A stretch of 64,000 bases of DNA, the filler included, from Dirinaria sp. TL-2023a (lineage: Eukaryota): assembly GCA_051941275.1 (NCBI GenBank). It is 7 parts of 7 records of this genome, joined end to end, with 100 filler letters (N's around TTAATTAATTAA, not from the genome) between each part and the next. Parts side by side here need not be neighbours in the genome. Positions count along the whole stretch, not along the records: positions 1 to 9,207 come from JAVEBF010001081.1; positions 9,308 to 18,507 come from JAVEBF010001082.1; 5 more parts are not named here. One strand, given 5' to 3'. Under the pieces are notes generated by a model. That model worked only from the letters and a program-made list of their open reading frames with translations. It searched no databases and was not told where the DNA came from. Of this stretch, positions 1 through 12,032 are shown in pieces; within the stretch, counting starts at the first letter, position 1; each line of letters opens with the position of its first letter. Made by a program: the position numbers and the translations under genes.

Positions 1-226
1 GTGTATGGTGGTTCAGGTCCGGGTGTGTGAAAATCATCAGAATGGGAAGGATACCCATGTCAGAGGTGTCCAGCTTTTCGCCAGGGATGAGCGCCGCTCG
101 AATAATGAGGTGAGGAGGGAATTGGGCGAAGGGGATGCTAAGGGATTCGGACAGAAGGGGGTGATGAGTGAGGAGTTGGCCGGATATGATGAGCTGGAGT
201 GGAGGGGGGAGCCGGAGTTGAGGTGA
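1..226 (+). CDS. APC10: Anaphase-promoting complex subunit 10 (Doc1), C-terminal part only
   Basis: Contains the APC10 C-terminal signature VQVRVCENHQNGKDTHVRGVQLF; the 5' part lies outside the window. Confidence 0.85.
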   Translation, partial: CMVVQVRVCENHQNGKDTHVRGVQLFARDERRSNNEVRRELGEGDAKGFGQKGVMSEELAGYDELEWRGEPELR

Positions 227-472
227 TTGACTCTGGGATGCGGAGATGGTTCAGGATTTTTGGGTCTCTGCTTGCCAGCTTGAGTCCGGTGGCACGTCCG
301 AATGGCCTACCCAAGCAGAGTCAGGGTAAAGAGAGCACGCTCGGTCGATCGACACCAACCATATTCTACGACTGCCGTTGTGATGCAACAACAGGCTGCT
401 TTAGCGCAGCACTAGGTTGTAATATGTATGTCTCCCCGTTTTTATTTTTGCGTTCAGTATCGCTAATTAGGT

Positions 473-1836
473 TCAAGATGACAGTAACTTTTCTAGCTCT
501 TTAGCAACAGCATCCCCAACTTCGCTGGTGCTGGCTTTGCCACCAATATCTCCCGTCCGTACGCCGCTGTCGATGGTTCTCCTGACAGCCTCCTCTACTA
601 CTTTCGCTTCCTTAGGTAGATTCAAAGAATATTGAAGCAGCATTGCTGTGGAAAGAATCGCTGCTACTGGATTCACAATGCCTTTCCCTGAAATGTCCGG
701 CGCCGAACCTGCCATTCTCATTAGTTCGAGTTTCAAGGTTCGCCTTTGGCTGCTCGCTCACCGTGGATGGGCTCGTAAATACCATTGACCTTGCTCTTGC
801 CGTCCGGGACACCGCTCAAGCTCGCACTCGGCAGCAAACCTAGACTACCTGGAATCACACTTGCCTCGTCACTGATGATATCCCCGAACAGATTGCTGGT
901 GACCACGACCCCATTGAGCGCCCGTGGATCTCGGACCATAATCATCGCCGCGCTGTCGATCAACTGATGCCCTAGCTCAAGCTGCGGGAATTCCTTCGAC
1001 ATGACCTCGCCCACGACTTTCCTCCATAACCGGCTCGTGGCTAGCACGTTGGCCTTGTCGAGACTCCATACCTTGGCGGGTGGACTCGACTGCAGGGCTA
1101 AATGCGCCGCAAGCCGAGTGATTCGTTCGATTTCGGCGCGCGAGTAAGGTTCTGTGTCCCATGCATTGCCGTCGCCCTCATCTTCTTGACGCTCTCCAAA
1201 GTATATCCCTCCAGTCAGCTCGCGGATAATGGTGAAGTCGACACCACGACACACCGAAGATTTTAGCGGGGAGATGTCGACGAGGGATTCGGAAGCGAAG
1301 TTACAGGGCCGAAGGTTTCCAAAGGCGGACATTTCTTTGCGCAGGCGCAGGAGGCCTTGTTCTGGGCGGACCAGCCCAGTACCCCATTTCTAGAACCTCG
1401 TCAATAGTGGTGGCCGTTGTAGAATGGAGATGGGCAGACCGGCCCACCAATTGCCCCCAATATCACCGCGTCGGCGTTCTTGGCGGCATTGAGTGCTTCA
1501 TCGGTCAACGGGGTTCCGACAGCGTCAATTGAGGCCTATGGAGAACCCAATGCCTTAGTAAGTGGTAACTGAAGGCTTGGAGAGAGCACTTACGCCGCCA
1601 AGAAGATGCTCTTGGAAGTTGAAGCTGATCTCGGGTTCCTTTTTCTCGAGAACGCGTAGAATCTGAGCTCTGCATGAGCCATGCAGTGCAACAACAATTG
1701 TTAATGCTAACCTTGAGCGCCTCAGCTGTCACCTGTAGGTTTGCTGTCAACCAGCGCCTGCAAAATTGCTCGATTTGGTTATTACCTCGGGGCCACAGTG
1801 ATCGCCGGCGAAGACGACAATGTTGTACTTTGGCAT
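473..1836 (-). CDS. LEU2: 3-isopropylmalate dehydrogenase (5 introns)
   Basis: ATG at 1836 gives [17 protein letters not shown]. Exons encode [49 protein letters not shown] and [28 protein letters not shown] introns restore the frame, including a 21-nt microexon (VTAEALK). Confidence 0.97.
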
Positions 1837-1964
1837 CTCTAAATCATATGTAGTTTACGCGGAGGGTACGAGCAAGGCGAGGCACCATGTGCAAGTAGCG
1901 AGGCTCACATGCAAAGAGCGATGGCTACAGTACCAAATGTACAGCCAAGGGAAATGTCCCGCGG

Positions 1965-1974
1965 CCGTTATCGG
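1965..1974. promoter_or_regulatory. Leu3/LeuB-type CCG-N4-CGG element upstream of LEU2
   Basis: CCGTTATCGG lies ~130 bp upstream of the LEU2 ATG and is followed by GATA motifs (GATAAG, TTATC) and a CACGTG. Confidence 0.6.
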
Positions 1975-3587
1975 GGGTTGATCAGATTGATAAGATTATC
2001 GTAAATCACGTGTTTAGGAAAAGCCCTTGTGCAATGGCGATCAAACGACCTCACCGTGTACTACTGGAACGCAGGCCTCGTGGTGCTCAAAAATTACGCG
2101 AGGATATCAAATATGGCCCACATCTTAACCTTGTGACCAAAGAGGTGCCCTTGTTTAGGGACCTTTATCTGGCCCTGAAACGCTAGACAGAGAGAAGAGA
2201 TGCCCCTCTGGGCGCTCATTCTCGTCGATTGGCAGAACACGACCCAGAATGAACGAACGCCATCCTATCTCCTAGAGAAACAAATCCAAATATATTGTCC
2301 AAGACAGTTGCTAGTAAACATAGCTTTGCGGCTGTCGAAATGGTCCACGCAAAGAAGCGAAAACGTGAGCATGGTAGACTTAAGAAAGCCCGACGCGCAG
2401 TCGAAGTCGTGGAAGTGATTGGGCCTTGGGAGGCGTTACTATTAAGTATTATAGACGAAGGCTTTAAAAACATAGTCTGGAATCGCAGTGCGGGAGAAGA
2501 TCTTTGATCGCGACGTGCCGCCCGCCAATGGACAACGCCATGGAGGGGGCATAGTATTGTGGACCGGCCCCTATTGCAATCAAGATCAATTCTTATTTTG
2601 TGGCAAATTTGAGAATATTTGGTGCATTTGCGCCTAAGGTCCTCTAGACCAACGAGCAAGCTGTGCCTTGGCAGTCAATGCAAGAGCTAATCAAGGCTGG
2701 TCAAAAAATTGCTGGCGCGTCGACAAACGACTGAAGCCTGGTGATGTTGGAGAATCGCTCTAGATTGCATATAGACGGCGGAACTGTCCATGAAAATTGA
2801 GTATACGCCACTCTGGCCTCGGTTGCTTCCCTCATCATCAATAATATATGTTGTTAATTTTCTGCTTTGAGTTCTGGGGGAAATTCGTAAGCGCTCCGCT
2901 CAAAATTTGCAATATTGCAGATAGTTATTACGGGACCCGCTAGAGTAGGCTTATAGCTTATTAAGACATCAAGCGACACTGACGACCCAAGACCGTTGAT
3001 GATAGGCGACAAGGTGACGTAGCCGTGGCCTTCAGTAAAGTTCAGCAATCGTACAATTGGGCGAAAGTATCAAGCACGCAAAGAGTAATTTCTTTCGCGT
3101 GTATGCGAATCTCATCGCAAAACCTGAAAAGTCAAATCTAATTATCAGCGTCAGTCATTAGAACCATCTCGAACACAAAGGGACATACACGATGGTCAAG
3201 AGGATGAAGACAGAGCCAGACCCTACAAAGGAACTGGAAATCTCTCAATATGAATCGCGATGCAACGTGGCCGATTTCTGATTTGAACGTCGTGCTGAAG
3301 CTCTTACGTGTGGGCCAGACCTGCGAATACAGACTTTTTCAAGCGTCTCAACCGGTGGCCTTGGACTCAATTTCTACCCCACGGGCGCCCTCTAGCCCAC
3401 TTCCGAGATCATGCGGTCGCGAGAAGTAGGGTTGTCTGTACCTGTTGGTGGACTGACAGGAAATGGGAGTATAAGCGAGCCTTATGCACGGCAGTTCTTG
3501 GCGGCTAGTGAGACTCATGGAGAATGATTGGTGTGTGCATTGAGGCTCTGAATGCTTGTCAAGAGAGACAGGACATGGATCTTGCGT

Positions 3588-5010
3588 TCATCTGAGATAG
3601 AAAGAGTCGACTGGAATCGCCTGTCGTATGACTCGCGCTTCTCGGGTAATCGCTTGAGCCACACGGGCTTCCTCAGCGCGGCGGAAGTCGTTGGCGCATA
3701 TAGAACACTGCGCCCGAACAAGACCTGGACGTAGCCTTGTGTTCAGAGTTACGGCTGGAAATGGCCTGCTCAGCTCCACGTATGTTGTTCGGACTGGTCG
3801 GGATTGAGGAACTCTGCGTGTTGACGTGCTTCTCGAAGCACGACGGCGCCGGAATAGCGCGGGTACAGTAGGCGTTGAGGAACATATTATACCAAGGTTT
3901 TGCTCGAATATGCTATCGAAGCGTTAGCAAAAGTCTATTGACGAGGACACTTTGCCGGTCGATACATACGTGAATATGAATACCGGCGTCGCATTCCAGG
4001 TTGCATCTGGAGTATAACGCAGGCGTGATCTGAAGTAAAGAGACATAACACTAACTACACAGGCGCTCCTGCACGGCGTTAGGATCTCCAGTATTCTTTG
4101 GGCAATGGGGAACTTACAAAAGCCCAGAAGAAAAAATAGCGACGAGACCGAGTTTATATCGCCCCGCAATATGGAGTCTAGCAACGGCCAGGATGGGAAG
4201 GAACAAAAGATAAAAGTCCCCACTGATGTTGAGACTACTGGCAACAATGACAAGTGCATTGAACCTGTAGCTGCCGATGGCACCTCGGCTGAGCACAGCG
4301 CTTAAGACCATCGACACTGAATAGAGGATAAGGTGAAAAATGATCCCTGCATAAATCAAATACCTCAGGGTGCGGCCCGATCGAAAAAGGCGAAAGTATA
4401 GCAATAACAAAGCGAGCTTTGTAAAGAACAAGGTCGGACCCCAAAGGAGCACAATAGCGCGAATCTCCTAAAGAGATCCACTTAGAGGCCGAGATGTTTG
4501 CCAAGGCTGATGGGTTTACCTTTCGCAGAAGGGAGTCCAGGTGGGCCACGGTAATGTCCCACTGATGGACCCCGAAACCTTGCTCATAGACTGTCAATAT
4601 CAGCGTGGAACGACGACATGATCCAGTATTCTTGAACTTACTGTCCATCACGAGAATCAGATTGGCAAGGGAGAAAAGCTGTCAAGTCAACCACGGAGTA
4701 AATACTTGATAGGAGTCACTGACAGCAGCAAGGACGCAAATGTCTTCGCTCTGCTTGTCAGCAAGGACGATATAAAATCATTTGAAAAATCCTCACAGTC
4801 ATCCCAACCAACAGAACGAATGATATACATCTTGGTGTAGACTCTGAGTGCCACAAAAAGGACCATTACTGCAAAAATACAAGCACAGGGAATGAGCGTG
4901 ACATTCGTTCGTGTCGCAGGGCTTACGAAGTCTGAGGAAATCCCCGAGGGAGGAGGAAGACTTGGGGTAGTAGATAGATTTGCCAAGTGTGGATAAAGGG
5001 AAAGGTCCAT
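3588..5010 (-). CDS. Pth11-like fungal rhodopsin-domain integral membrane protein (spliced)
   Basis: Exons encode PPPSG, ALRVYTK..VGWDD, GFGVHQWD, KLALLLLYFRLF, NISGDFYLLFLPI..V.RL, GLLACVVS and EQNLGNICSSTP, typical motifs of this family. Confidence 0.85.
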
Positions 5011-7161
5011 ATGCCAGCAGCCACAGTATCACCTGAAAGTTGGTCCTCGGGCACTGGGCATCGGGATTCAGATCAAGTATTTGAAGAAAAGGCATCAGCT
5101 CAATCCGAGAGTCTGAATATCTTAATGAAGACATAGAAGAGGAAGTCGCGCATCATCAGCGCGCTCCCGAGCCTCTTATGTGATTGGGATAATTCAAGTC
5201 ATACAACTCATATCGAAAGAAAAGATCGACGATTATCCTTGCATTCCTCAGTCTAAGGGTCCGAAGCTGCCCTGTCAAACGGGCACAATCGGCTCGCGGG
5301 TGATGGTACAGCTTTGTGGTTCTTGCTAATTCAGTGGGTCGCTTTTCGGACGTCTTGCGCTTACATCGCCAATATCAGAATCCTCGCCAACGTCATCCAA
5401 TAAAGTAAGGAAGAAGAATCTCGATCAGTTTGTAAGGGTCATTACTTACCGCCTGCCTGGAGACCTGTGGTTTAAAAAGCGAGGTCTGTGTACCGTACAT
5501 AGATCTCTAATCTCCGTGCTACTCGAGGAGAAAGAGCGTGGTAAGGCAGTACTGACATAAGCAATTGGATCCTCTCGTTGAGAGCGGGTGTCAACGAATT
5601 ACTGGACGCTTGTCCGACGGAGATTTGTACTTAATGATCCTAAGTATGGTTCTGCAGAATCATTAGCACCCGCATCCTATACTTTGCTCGTGACTTTGTA
5701 GATCAGTGCATGCCCAAGTGACCTCGCTCTAGAGAACCATATCCATGCAGTGCCATACTCGGACACACCGGGTCAGCCATGCCAGGATGCGTATCCTGCT
5801 TCCCTCAGTCAATTCAAATGTACAGGGCTGGCTGTAAGATACCTCTATGGACCGGATAATACGGAATGAGGCCACGTTTGATAGGATTCTACTCAATCCC
5901 CGAGCGAATCATTTGCTCCTTAAGAACGAACGCTTGGAAATGGAAGGGTGGTATACAGCCATCGTCATATTCTAGCGAGTTTGGTGCAGGGTCTTCCCGT
6001 GATCGACCGGTACGCGGCCGGTATAAGTGGGATATCGTGGGAAATTCTCCGAAATGTAAGACATGCAACCTATCGGACAAGCTTTATATGCGGTCCATCA
6101 TGATGGTGTACAGGTTATGGAAATGACTTGGGCGGTAAGCGGCTATATCGACAAAAGGCTGCTATCCCGTTTGCAATCCCGCAGGTTGCTGAACCTCGAA
6201 ACGGAGAATGCTCCTTTGGTAGCCCATCAGTGACGCTGAATTAAGTTTCCGAGACGCAGTTGCATGAGTTTGACAAGCTCTTGCTTCAAGCTTATCTTTC
6301 CCGAATCTTTTGGGTTCAACACACGTCGTATATCGACAGCATATTGAGACAGCCAATCCAGGCTAAGTGAGAGAGGCGAGCTCGGCAGGCGTATAAAGCT
6401 CAGCACGTGAGATGATATGCATAATCGGCCAATGTAAAAGATCGAGTGGTGGTGAAGGCCTTATGGCTCATTGACAGGGTTTCTTGTTTCACCGAATCGA
6501 CGATCATAAGGTAGGATTGGAATCATCACGCGCCACCGACGCAAGAACTGATTCGTTCAGCATAATGTACCCGGATGAAGACAAATCTCAACCGGGTTCC
6601 TTATCAGTCTGCAGACGAAGGTTTAGGATTCGGAAGAATTTAGAAACAGCACGTGGGACCATGTCGAGCATTTTGACGAAGCACGGAATATTCAGCGAGT
6701 AATCACAGTCATCGAAGCCAACGGGTATGATTCGGACTGAGAAGTGGTCGTTATGCGCCTCGATCCTTTGCTTCTCGTATTATCAGGAGTCCACAAAGAG
6801 TCAGGATGATCTCGCACACCTGCAATTGTTGGGTCCGTATTCTCTACTGTCCTGCTCGTAAAGTCACGGGACCAGAGTCTGAATCAGGTTAGCGTTTAGG
6901 TAGGGCTGGTACTGCCAAGTATCAATCGATTGTATGTCAAACATGAAGCTGCATTAAGCTATCTTGTATTTGTAAAGAGAAAAGTTGTTTGTACGTTCCC
7001 TTAGTTTGGCATAACCTTCAATGCTCCATATCCTCTCCATCTTGTCTCCTTAGTGTTCGCCCACCACCATCTCACCAATGCTTTCGTCAGACCGTTGCAT
7101 GGGCCCAATATTCTTACGAATGGCTTGAAACAAACAGCAAGCCTCACTGTGTTTAGCAGCC

Positions 7162-9207
7162 ATGGATGACAGCCAACCTGCGATGAGTGAGCCCGACTCT
7201 GGAGCTCGGAATATAACGCTTAATATTCTTTCACCTTCGACCGAAGTGCCTGATAAACTTACCTTCAGCGACTGCACGCCTTCTACAACAGTAGCAGATC
7301 TAAAATCTAAGATACAGAATGCCGTCGCGACAAGGCCTGCTCCGGAAAGGCAACGCTTGATATACAGAGGCAGGCCCCTTGTACAGGATACTGCGACTCT
7401 AGCGGATGTCTTTACACCCAGCGTGGTAGGTTTCTGCAGACTTGACCGCCCGGGCAAGCTGAAAGATTAGTAGATCAGTGTCGCGGACGAATTCTCTCTA
7501 CACCTCGTTCTACCGCCAGCAATAGCTCCTCGCGCACCCCAAGCGTCTTCGGTACCAGCGGCTGGTACTACCACTGCTCAGCGATCATCATACCCTATGG
7601 CGCCAGAAACCGGCAGGGTAGCAGCTACCCTACAACAACAAGGCGCACACGGTCATAGAATAATGCCGCATATGCCACACATGCCGTTCATGCAGCCCCA
7701 ACCTGGTCTAAACGTTCCTCTTCCCATGCCTCCTATGCCTCCCATGCCTCCCGGGCAGTTTCCCCCACATCTACAAACTGCGCTGCAAAACCATCTTCAG
7801 GCACTCGGTCAACAGATTGGTGCACAGATGGCGATGCACGGTAATCAAGTCGGACAGGGGCCGCTGTTCAATGCAAATCAAGGGCAGGGTTTGGAGCAGC
7901 AGCAGCCTTTTCCTCCGTCATCTTTTCAGCAAATAGTCGCTCAACAGCAGCAAGCCAGAGCTGCAGCTGGACGGCAGGGGGCTGGTGACAATGCAGGCGC
8001 TCAAGAAACGAACATGCAAGCAGAAGTTTCTGGGCAGACTCCTCGCGCAGCCACGCCAGCTGGTGAACAACAAAATCCGAGTACACTTCCGCCCAACACT
8101 TATACTGCCTTGAATAATAATCAAAGTAACAACGGAGAGGGCTGGCGCATGGTAATCCAAAGTACTTCAACTGTGACCGGTGTTAATCCAAATTTGCAGC
8201 GGGTTCCAACTCCGGTGAACATTGCCTTGCAGCAACCACCAGGAGCAATATCTCAACCAGCTCCTCCTATACCTATACCACTACAGGGGCCAGGAAATGC
8301 ACCTATGTCTACGCCGAATCAGATGCAACTACAGATCCTCGAACAGGAGATCTCGGCAATCCAAACCACCCTGACACGTGGCACAGCACCCGCTCCGTCA
8401 GTCTTTGATAATGCCAGAACCATGCTGAGAAATATCGAAAACATCAATGCTGCACCAGGTCTCGAAGCCATGTTCCGGACCCAGATTGATACTCTTGCGG
8501 CGCAAGCAGATCATCTACGTATGACCTTGAATCGTATGCTCATGCAAGTAGTTACCCAGCAGCCCGGCTCGCAATCAGCCCCACCATCTTCAAATATTGA
8601 GCCATCACCATCACACCGCAATCCAATGCCGTTCTCATCTCCTTCTATTTCGTCACCTTCCTCCTCCGTCTACATTCTATCCTCTCCAAATGGCCCTCAA
8701 GCCCTCCTTGTCTCACCCGCCGGCACATATCGTGCTCCATGGCCTATGTCACAGCTAGACCTCACGGCACAGCACTCTCGTCATAACCGAGCATTCAACC
8801 ATTTACCAAACAACAATAACAACAACCATAACCACCATGTCCCGCCGGGACCACAGCAGCCGCGCATGATCCCCGCAAACGGCGCACAAGCCCACCAACA
8901 CCAGCGCCCAGCGGCCCCCCAGCAGCAACAAGGGAACGAAGTGCGCGATCTCCTCCGCCTCCTCCTCCCCCTCGGCGGGCACCTATGGCTCCTAATCCGA
9001 CTCTTCGGGTTCGTCTTTTTCTTCACCGCGGGCGGCGGTTTCCGGCGCGCCCTGCTGCTCGGCTCCATCGCCTTCGTAGTCTTCGTCGCCCAGACGGGCA
9101 TCTTCCGCCCTCTGATCCAAGCCGTGTGGGAACCGCTCCGAAGACACGTCGAGGGCCTGGTGGTAGCCGGCAACAACAACAACGACCACCCCCCTGCTGC
9201 GCCCGCC
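7162..9207 (+). CDS. N-terminal ubiquitin-like domain membrane protein, Usa1/HERP-like ERAD factor; truncated by the linker
   Basis: UBL domain (TTVADLKSKI..PAPERQRLIYRGR), an intron at ~7426-7473, a Q/P-rich middle, YILSSPNGPQALL, and a hydrophobic hairpin HLWLLIRLFGFVFFF..SIAFVVFVAQTG. Confidence 0.7.
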
Positions 9208-9307
9208 NNNNNNNNNNNNNNNNNNNNNNNNNNNNNNNNNNNNNNNNNNNNTTAATTAATTAANNNNNNNNNNNNNNNNNNNNNNNNNNNNNNNNNNNNN
9301 NNNNNNN
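9208..9307. other. Artificial contig linker
   Basis: 44 N + TTAATTAATTAA + 44 N (stops in all six frames). Confidence 0.98.
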
Positions 9308-9805
9308 TAAATATAGAGGATTAAAAGAGAGAGGAAAAGCAAGAAGAGAGAAAGAGAGAAAAAGAAAAAATGGATAAAAACTTAGAAAGAAAGAAGAGCC
9401 GGATAGGGTGGGGTTACTCGAGGTACATACAGAAAAAGGGGGGAAGAGGAGAGATGGATTTTTTTGAGAATTTGCCTGTTTTCTGGGGTTTCTCTTTTTG
9501 CCTTTATCTCTCTCTTCCCCCCCCCTTTTGGTTGTGAGAGGGGAGAGGGTGGGAGCCTTTCTTCCAAGTCCGTGAAGAAGGACCAGGAGAAAGGTCTATG
9601 ATAAAGGAAATACAGGCCAAAAAATTATTTTACTAACTAAGCATCTATTGGCACCGAATCGCGGACAGCAAACGCCCAATGTTTTGAATTAAGGACATTT
9701 GCATTTTCGGGGTTCTGTAAACCTCTTGCGCTATCACAAACCCTTTCCTCGAATCAGATCCATGAAGGTCAGTGCTGCGGAGATCTCGGTAGTCTTTCCA
9801 GCCGC

Positions 9806-10300
9806 TCAGAAGAGGGCGATCGGATTCGTGGCATTGGCGGGCAAGGCCTGGTTCACATCCCAATGCTCGACGACGCAGCTGCCATTCAGGCGGAAAAGGT
9901 CCGTCAGAGCCAACAGGGGCTGGCTGTAGACTTTGAGGTGAACAAGGCCGATATCGTTCTCGAAGGTCTCGTGCAAGATGGTGCGATTGAGCGAGGGAAT
10001 CAGGAACGACAGGAAGCTGATCGCGGCGGCGCGGCCCTGAGGGGCGTAGGGGCTGTGGTTGATGTAGTCCGGAGAGACGTAGGTAAGGTAGGCGTCCGTG
10101 GCGTTTTTCTGGACGTAGAGCTTGTCGATGAAGTCGAAGAAGATGGCGTGTTGCTCGCTTGGGCTGACATCCTGAGGAGGGCAGTATGGCCCTGCTGGGA
10201 GGCCAGATGATGGCTCCGAAGGGTGGTATCGATGGAGAGCCGGGCTGGCTAGGAGGGTGGGAACGAGGCCTAGGACGGGTGCAAAGGCGAGGAGACGCAT
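9806..10300 (-). CDS. Secreted SnoaL/NTF2-like fold protein
   Basis: Signal peptide MRLLAFAPVLGLVPTLLA; YVSPDYINHSP..PQGR and DLFRLNGSCVVEHWDV motifs. Confidence 0.8.
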   Translation of the reverse strand: MRLLAFAPVLGLVPTLLASPALHRYHPSEPSSGLPAGPYCPPQDVSPSEQHAIFFDFIDKLYVQKNATDAYLTYVSPDYINHSPYAPQGRAAAISFLSFLIPSLNRTILHETFENDIGLVHLKVYSQPLLALTDLFRLNGSCVVEHWDVNQALPANATNPIALF

Positions 10301-11133
10301 TGTAATTGTGATAATACTAAATGAGCGCCGAGTTTGTTCGGGATTCGGTGTGTCGTGATAAAGATTCTTCGGAATAAGGCGACGGAAAGAAGTCTTGTGG
10401 AAAAGAAGGGCAATTACGACGAAGGAAATCGATGGAACATGAAGAGATCTTTATACTTTCCATTCTTCTTCTAACGTACCGAAGCTTGTCTCAACAGTCG
10501 AACGCCTCTGGGCCAGTGGATGACGTTCTGGAGGCCGGATGGCCGGCTACATTCACACACGTTCTCGGCTGGAGATCGAAGGTCAATGCTCGAAGGAGAA
10601 CCAGGTGAAATCACCACTTTTGGTCAAGGTTGGAAACTTTTGAAAGGATCCTCGGATGAAGAATAACTGGCTGGTGTAACGTTGCCAAGTGCCAAGACCC
10701 CAGTGCCAAGCTTCAAGGGCAATTGAAAACATGCGAGTCTCGGTGACCGCACGGCAAGGCAAGTAAGGTGAAGTCAGGTACCATCTTATTTTTTGCTTTT
10801 CCTCGCTGGATCCGTATTGATTTCCCGGGACATGTGCTGTAGCGATTTGCTGAACACCCCTGTACAGTCCGGAAGAATCTCCGTTGTTTACTGTTGCGGA
10901 GACGGAGTCCTGCGGCAAGTGGAACTTTGTTGAAGGTCAGCGGAAGTTCCTGGCAACGGCGCAAGAACCACAATGACCAGCATCTGCCTTACTGTATGAA
11001 ATACAAGATGGCGCATACCCAATGCCGAGTCCATGCAAGAGATTATCGTTGCCGACATCAAAGCACACGGTGACGACTCGGATCTGGAGTGAAACGGAAG
11101 GGATTTCAAGGGCTTGTCACTGCCAAGAACACC

Positions 11134-11291
11134 TACTCGTACTCACCTACCTTACTTTCTTGGGAGGGTTAGGGTTACCCCCATCAGAATTCTTCCAACC
11201 CTACCTTATTTAGGGTTATGGGATTCTTGGTGAGATAACCCTAACCCTCCCAAGAAAGTAGGTGACCCAAGAAAGTAGGTGAGTACGAGTA
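11134..11291. mobile_element. 158-bp foldback/MITE-like element with TTAGGG-containing inverted arms, TA-flanked
   Basis: Left arm TACTCGTACTCACCTAC..ACTTTCTTGGGAGGGTTAGGGTTA (11134-11177) is the reverse complement of right arm TAACCCTAACCCTCCCAAGAAAGT..GTAGGTGAGTACGAGTA (11236-11291). The right arm carries a duplicated CCCAAGAAAGTAGGTGA. Confidence 0.7.
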
Positions 11292-11701
11292 TCCGGATGG
11301 GGGCTAGTGGCCTGAATCAATTGGGCAGCCCCTTTATCCATGTCGTCTTTGTACATGGAGATAAAGATCACTGTGCGATGAATCTTGTCCACCGAAATAC
11401 CATATTCCTCTTCCCTTTGACAATGACGCATGTGGACAGAAGGTCCAGGATTGAGGCGCATCATGTCCGTAGCCTTGGCATCAGCTCGATACCTAGCCTT
11501 GGTTTTGAGTGACCGGATGACGAAAATTGTTCCACGACAGCTCTCAGGTACCTTATTGTCTACGGTGTTGAAACTTGATTTGGGTGTGGGATCGAAGGAT
11601 TCTTCTGAGCTGCGTAAAGCCTCCATAACCCCTTGGTCAAAGGTTAGGGACAGATTCTGTGGAATCATTAGGTAGATGTATTCGAAATCCGGCGAGGCCA
11701 A
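11292..11701 (-). pseudogene. Hypothetical ORF running into the foldback element
   Basis: The 161-aa ORF's last ~24 codons derive from the inverted repeat. No recognisable domain, so it may be spurious. Confidence 0.25.
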
Positions 11702-12032
11702 CGCTAGAAAGCGGTGGAATCAATTATAGTATGTAGCTATATTGAGCTTTCAGAACAACAAAGCTCGACTCGGCATGATGAGAGCATTTTCTTCCAGCAC
11801 TGCCTGAAATGCTTTGAAGGAGAAGTTACCAGAATAAAGCTTTGCTTGCAAATGGGGAGATCCAGCGCCACGTCCTTCGATAGGGTTGGTAGCAGCTAGA
11901 AATCTTCCTAAGCCATCTGAGAGACTGGGAATGCTGCCATAGGGCGCATCGATTCCCTAAGCTGTGGTACTTTGTCAAATCACGAGCTCGGTTTGGCAAT
12001 GCGTGCTTCGATGCTGTGCAGCCACGAACCTG

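Noticed and set aside
2200..3500. Short ORFs between LEU2 and the membrane-protein gene
   Set aside because: No recognisable motifs or consistent exon chain.
6803..6882. Box C/D snoRNA (GGATGAT...CTGA)
   Set aside because: Imperfect C box, no terminal stem, and at most ~8 nt of plausible rRNA complementarity.
9252..9263. TTAATTAATTAA recurring every ~9.3 kb as a biological repeat
   Set aside because: Always centred in N runs; a synthetic six-frame stop spacer.
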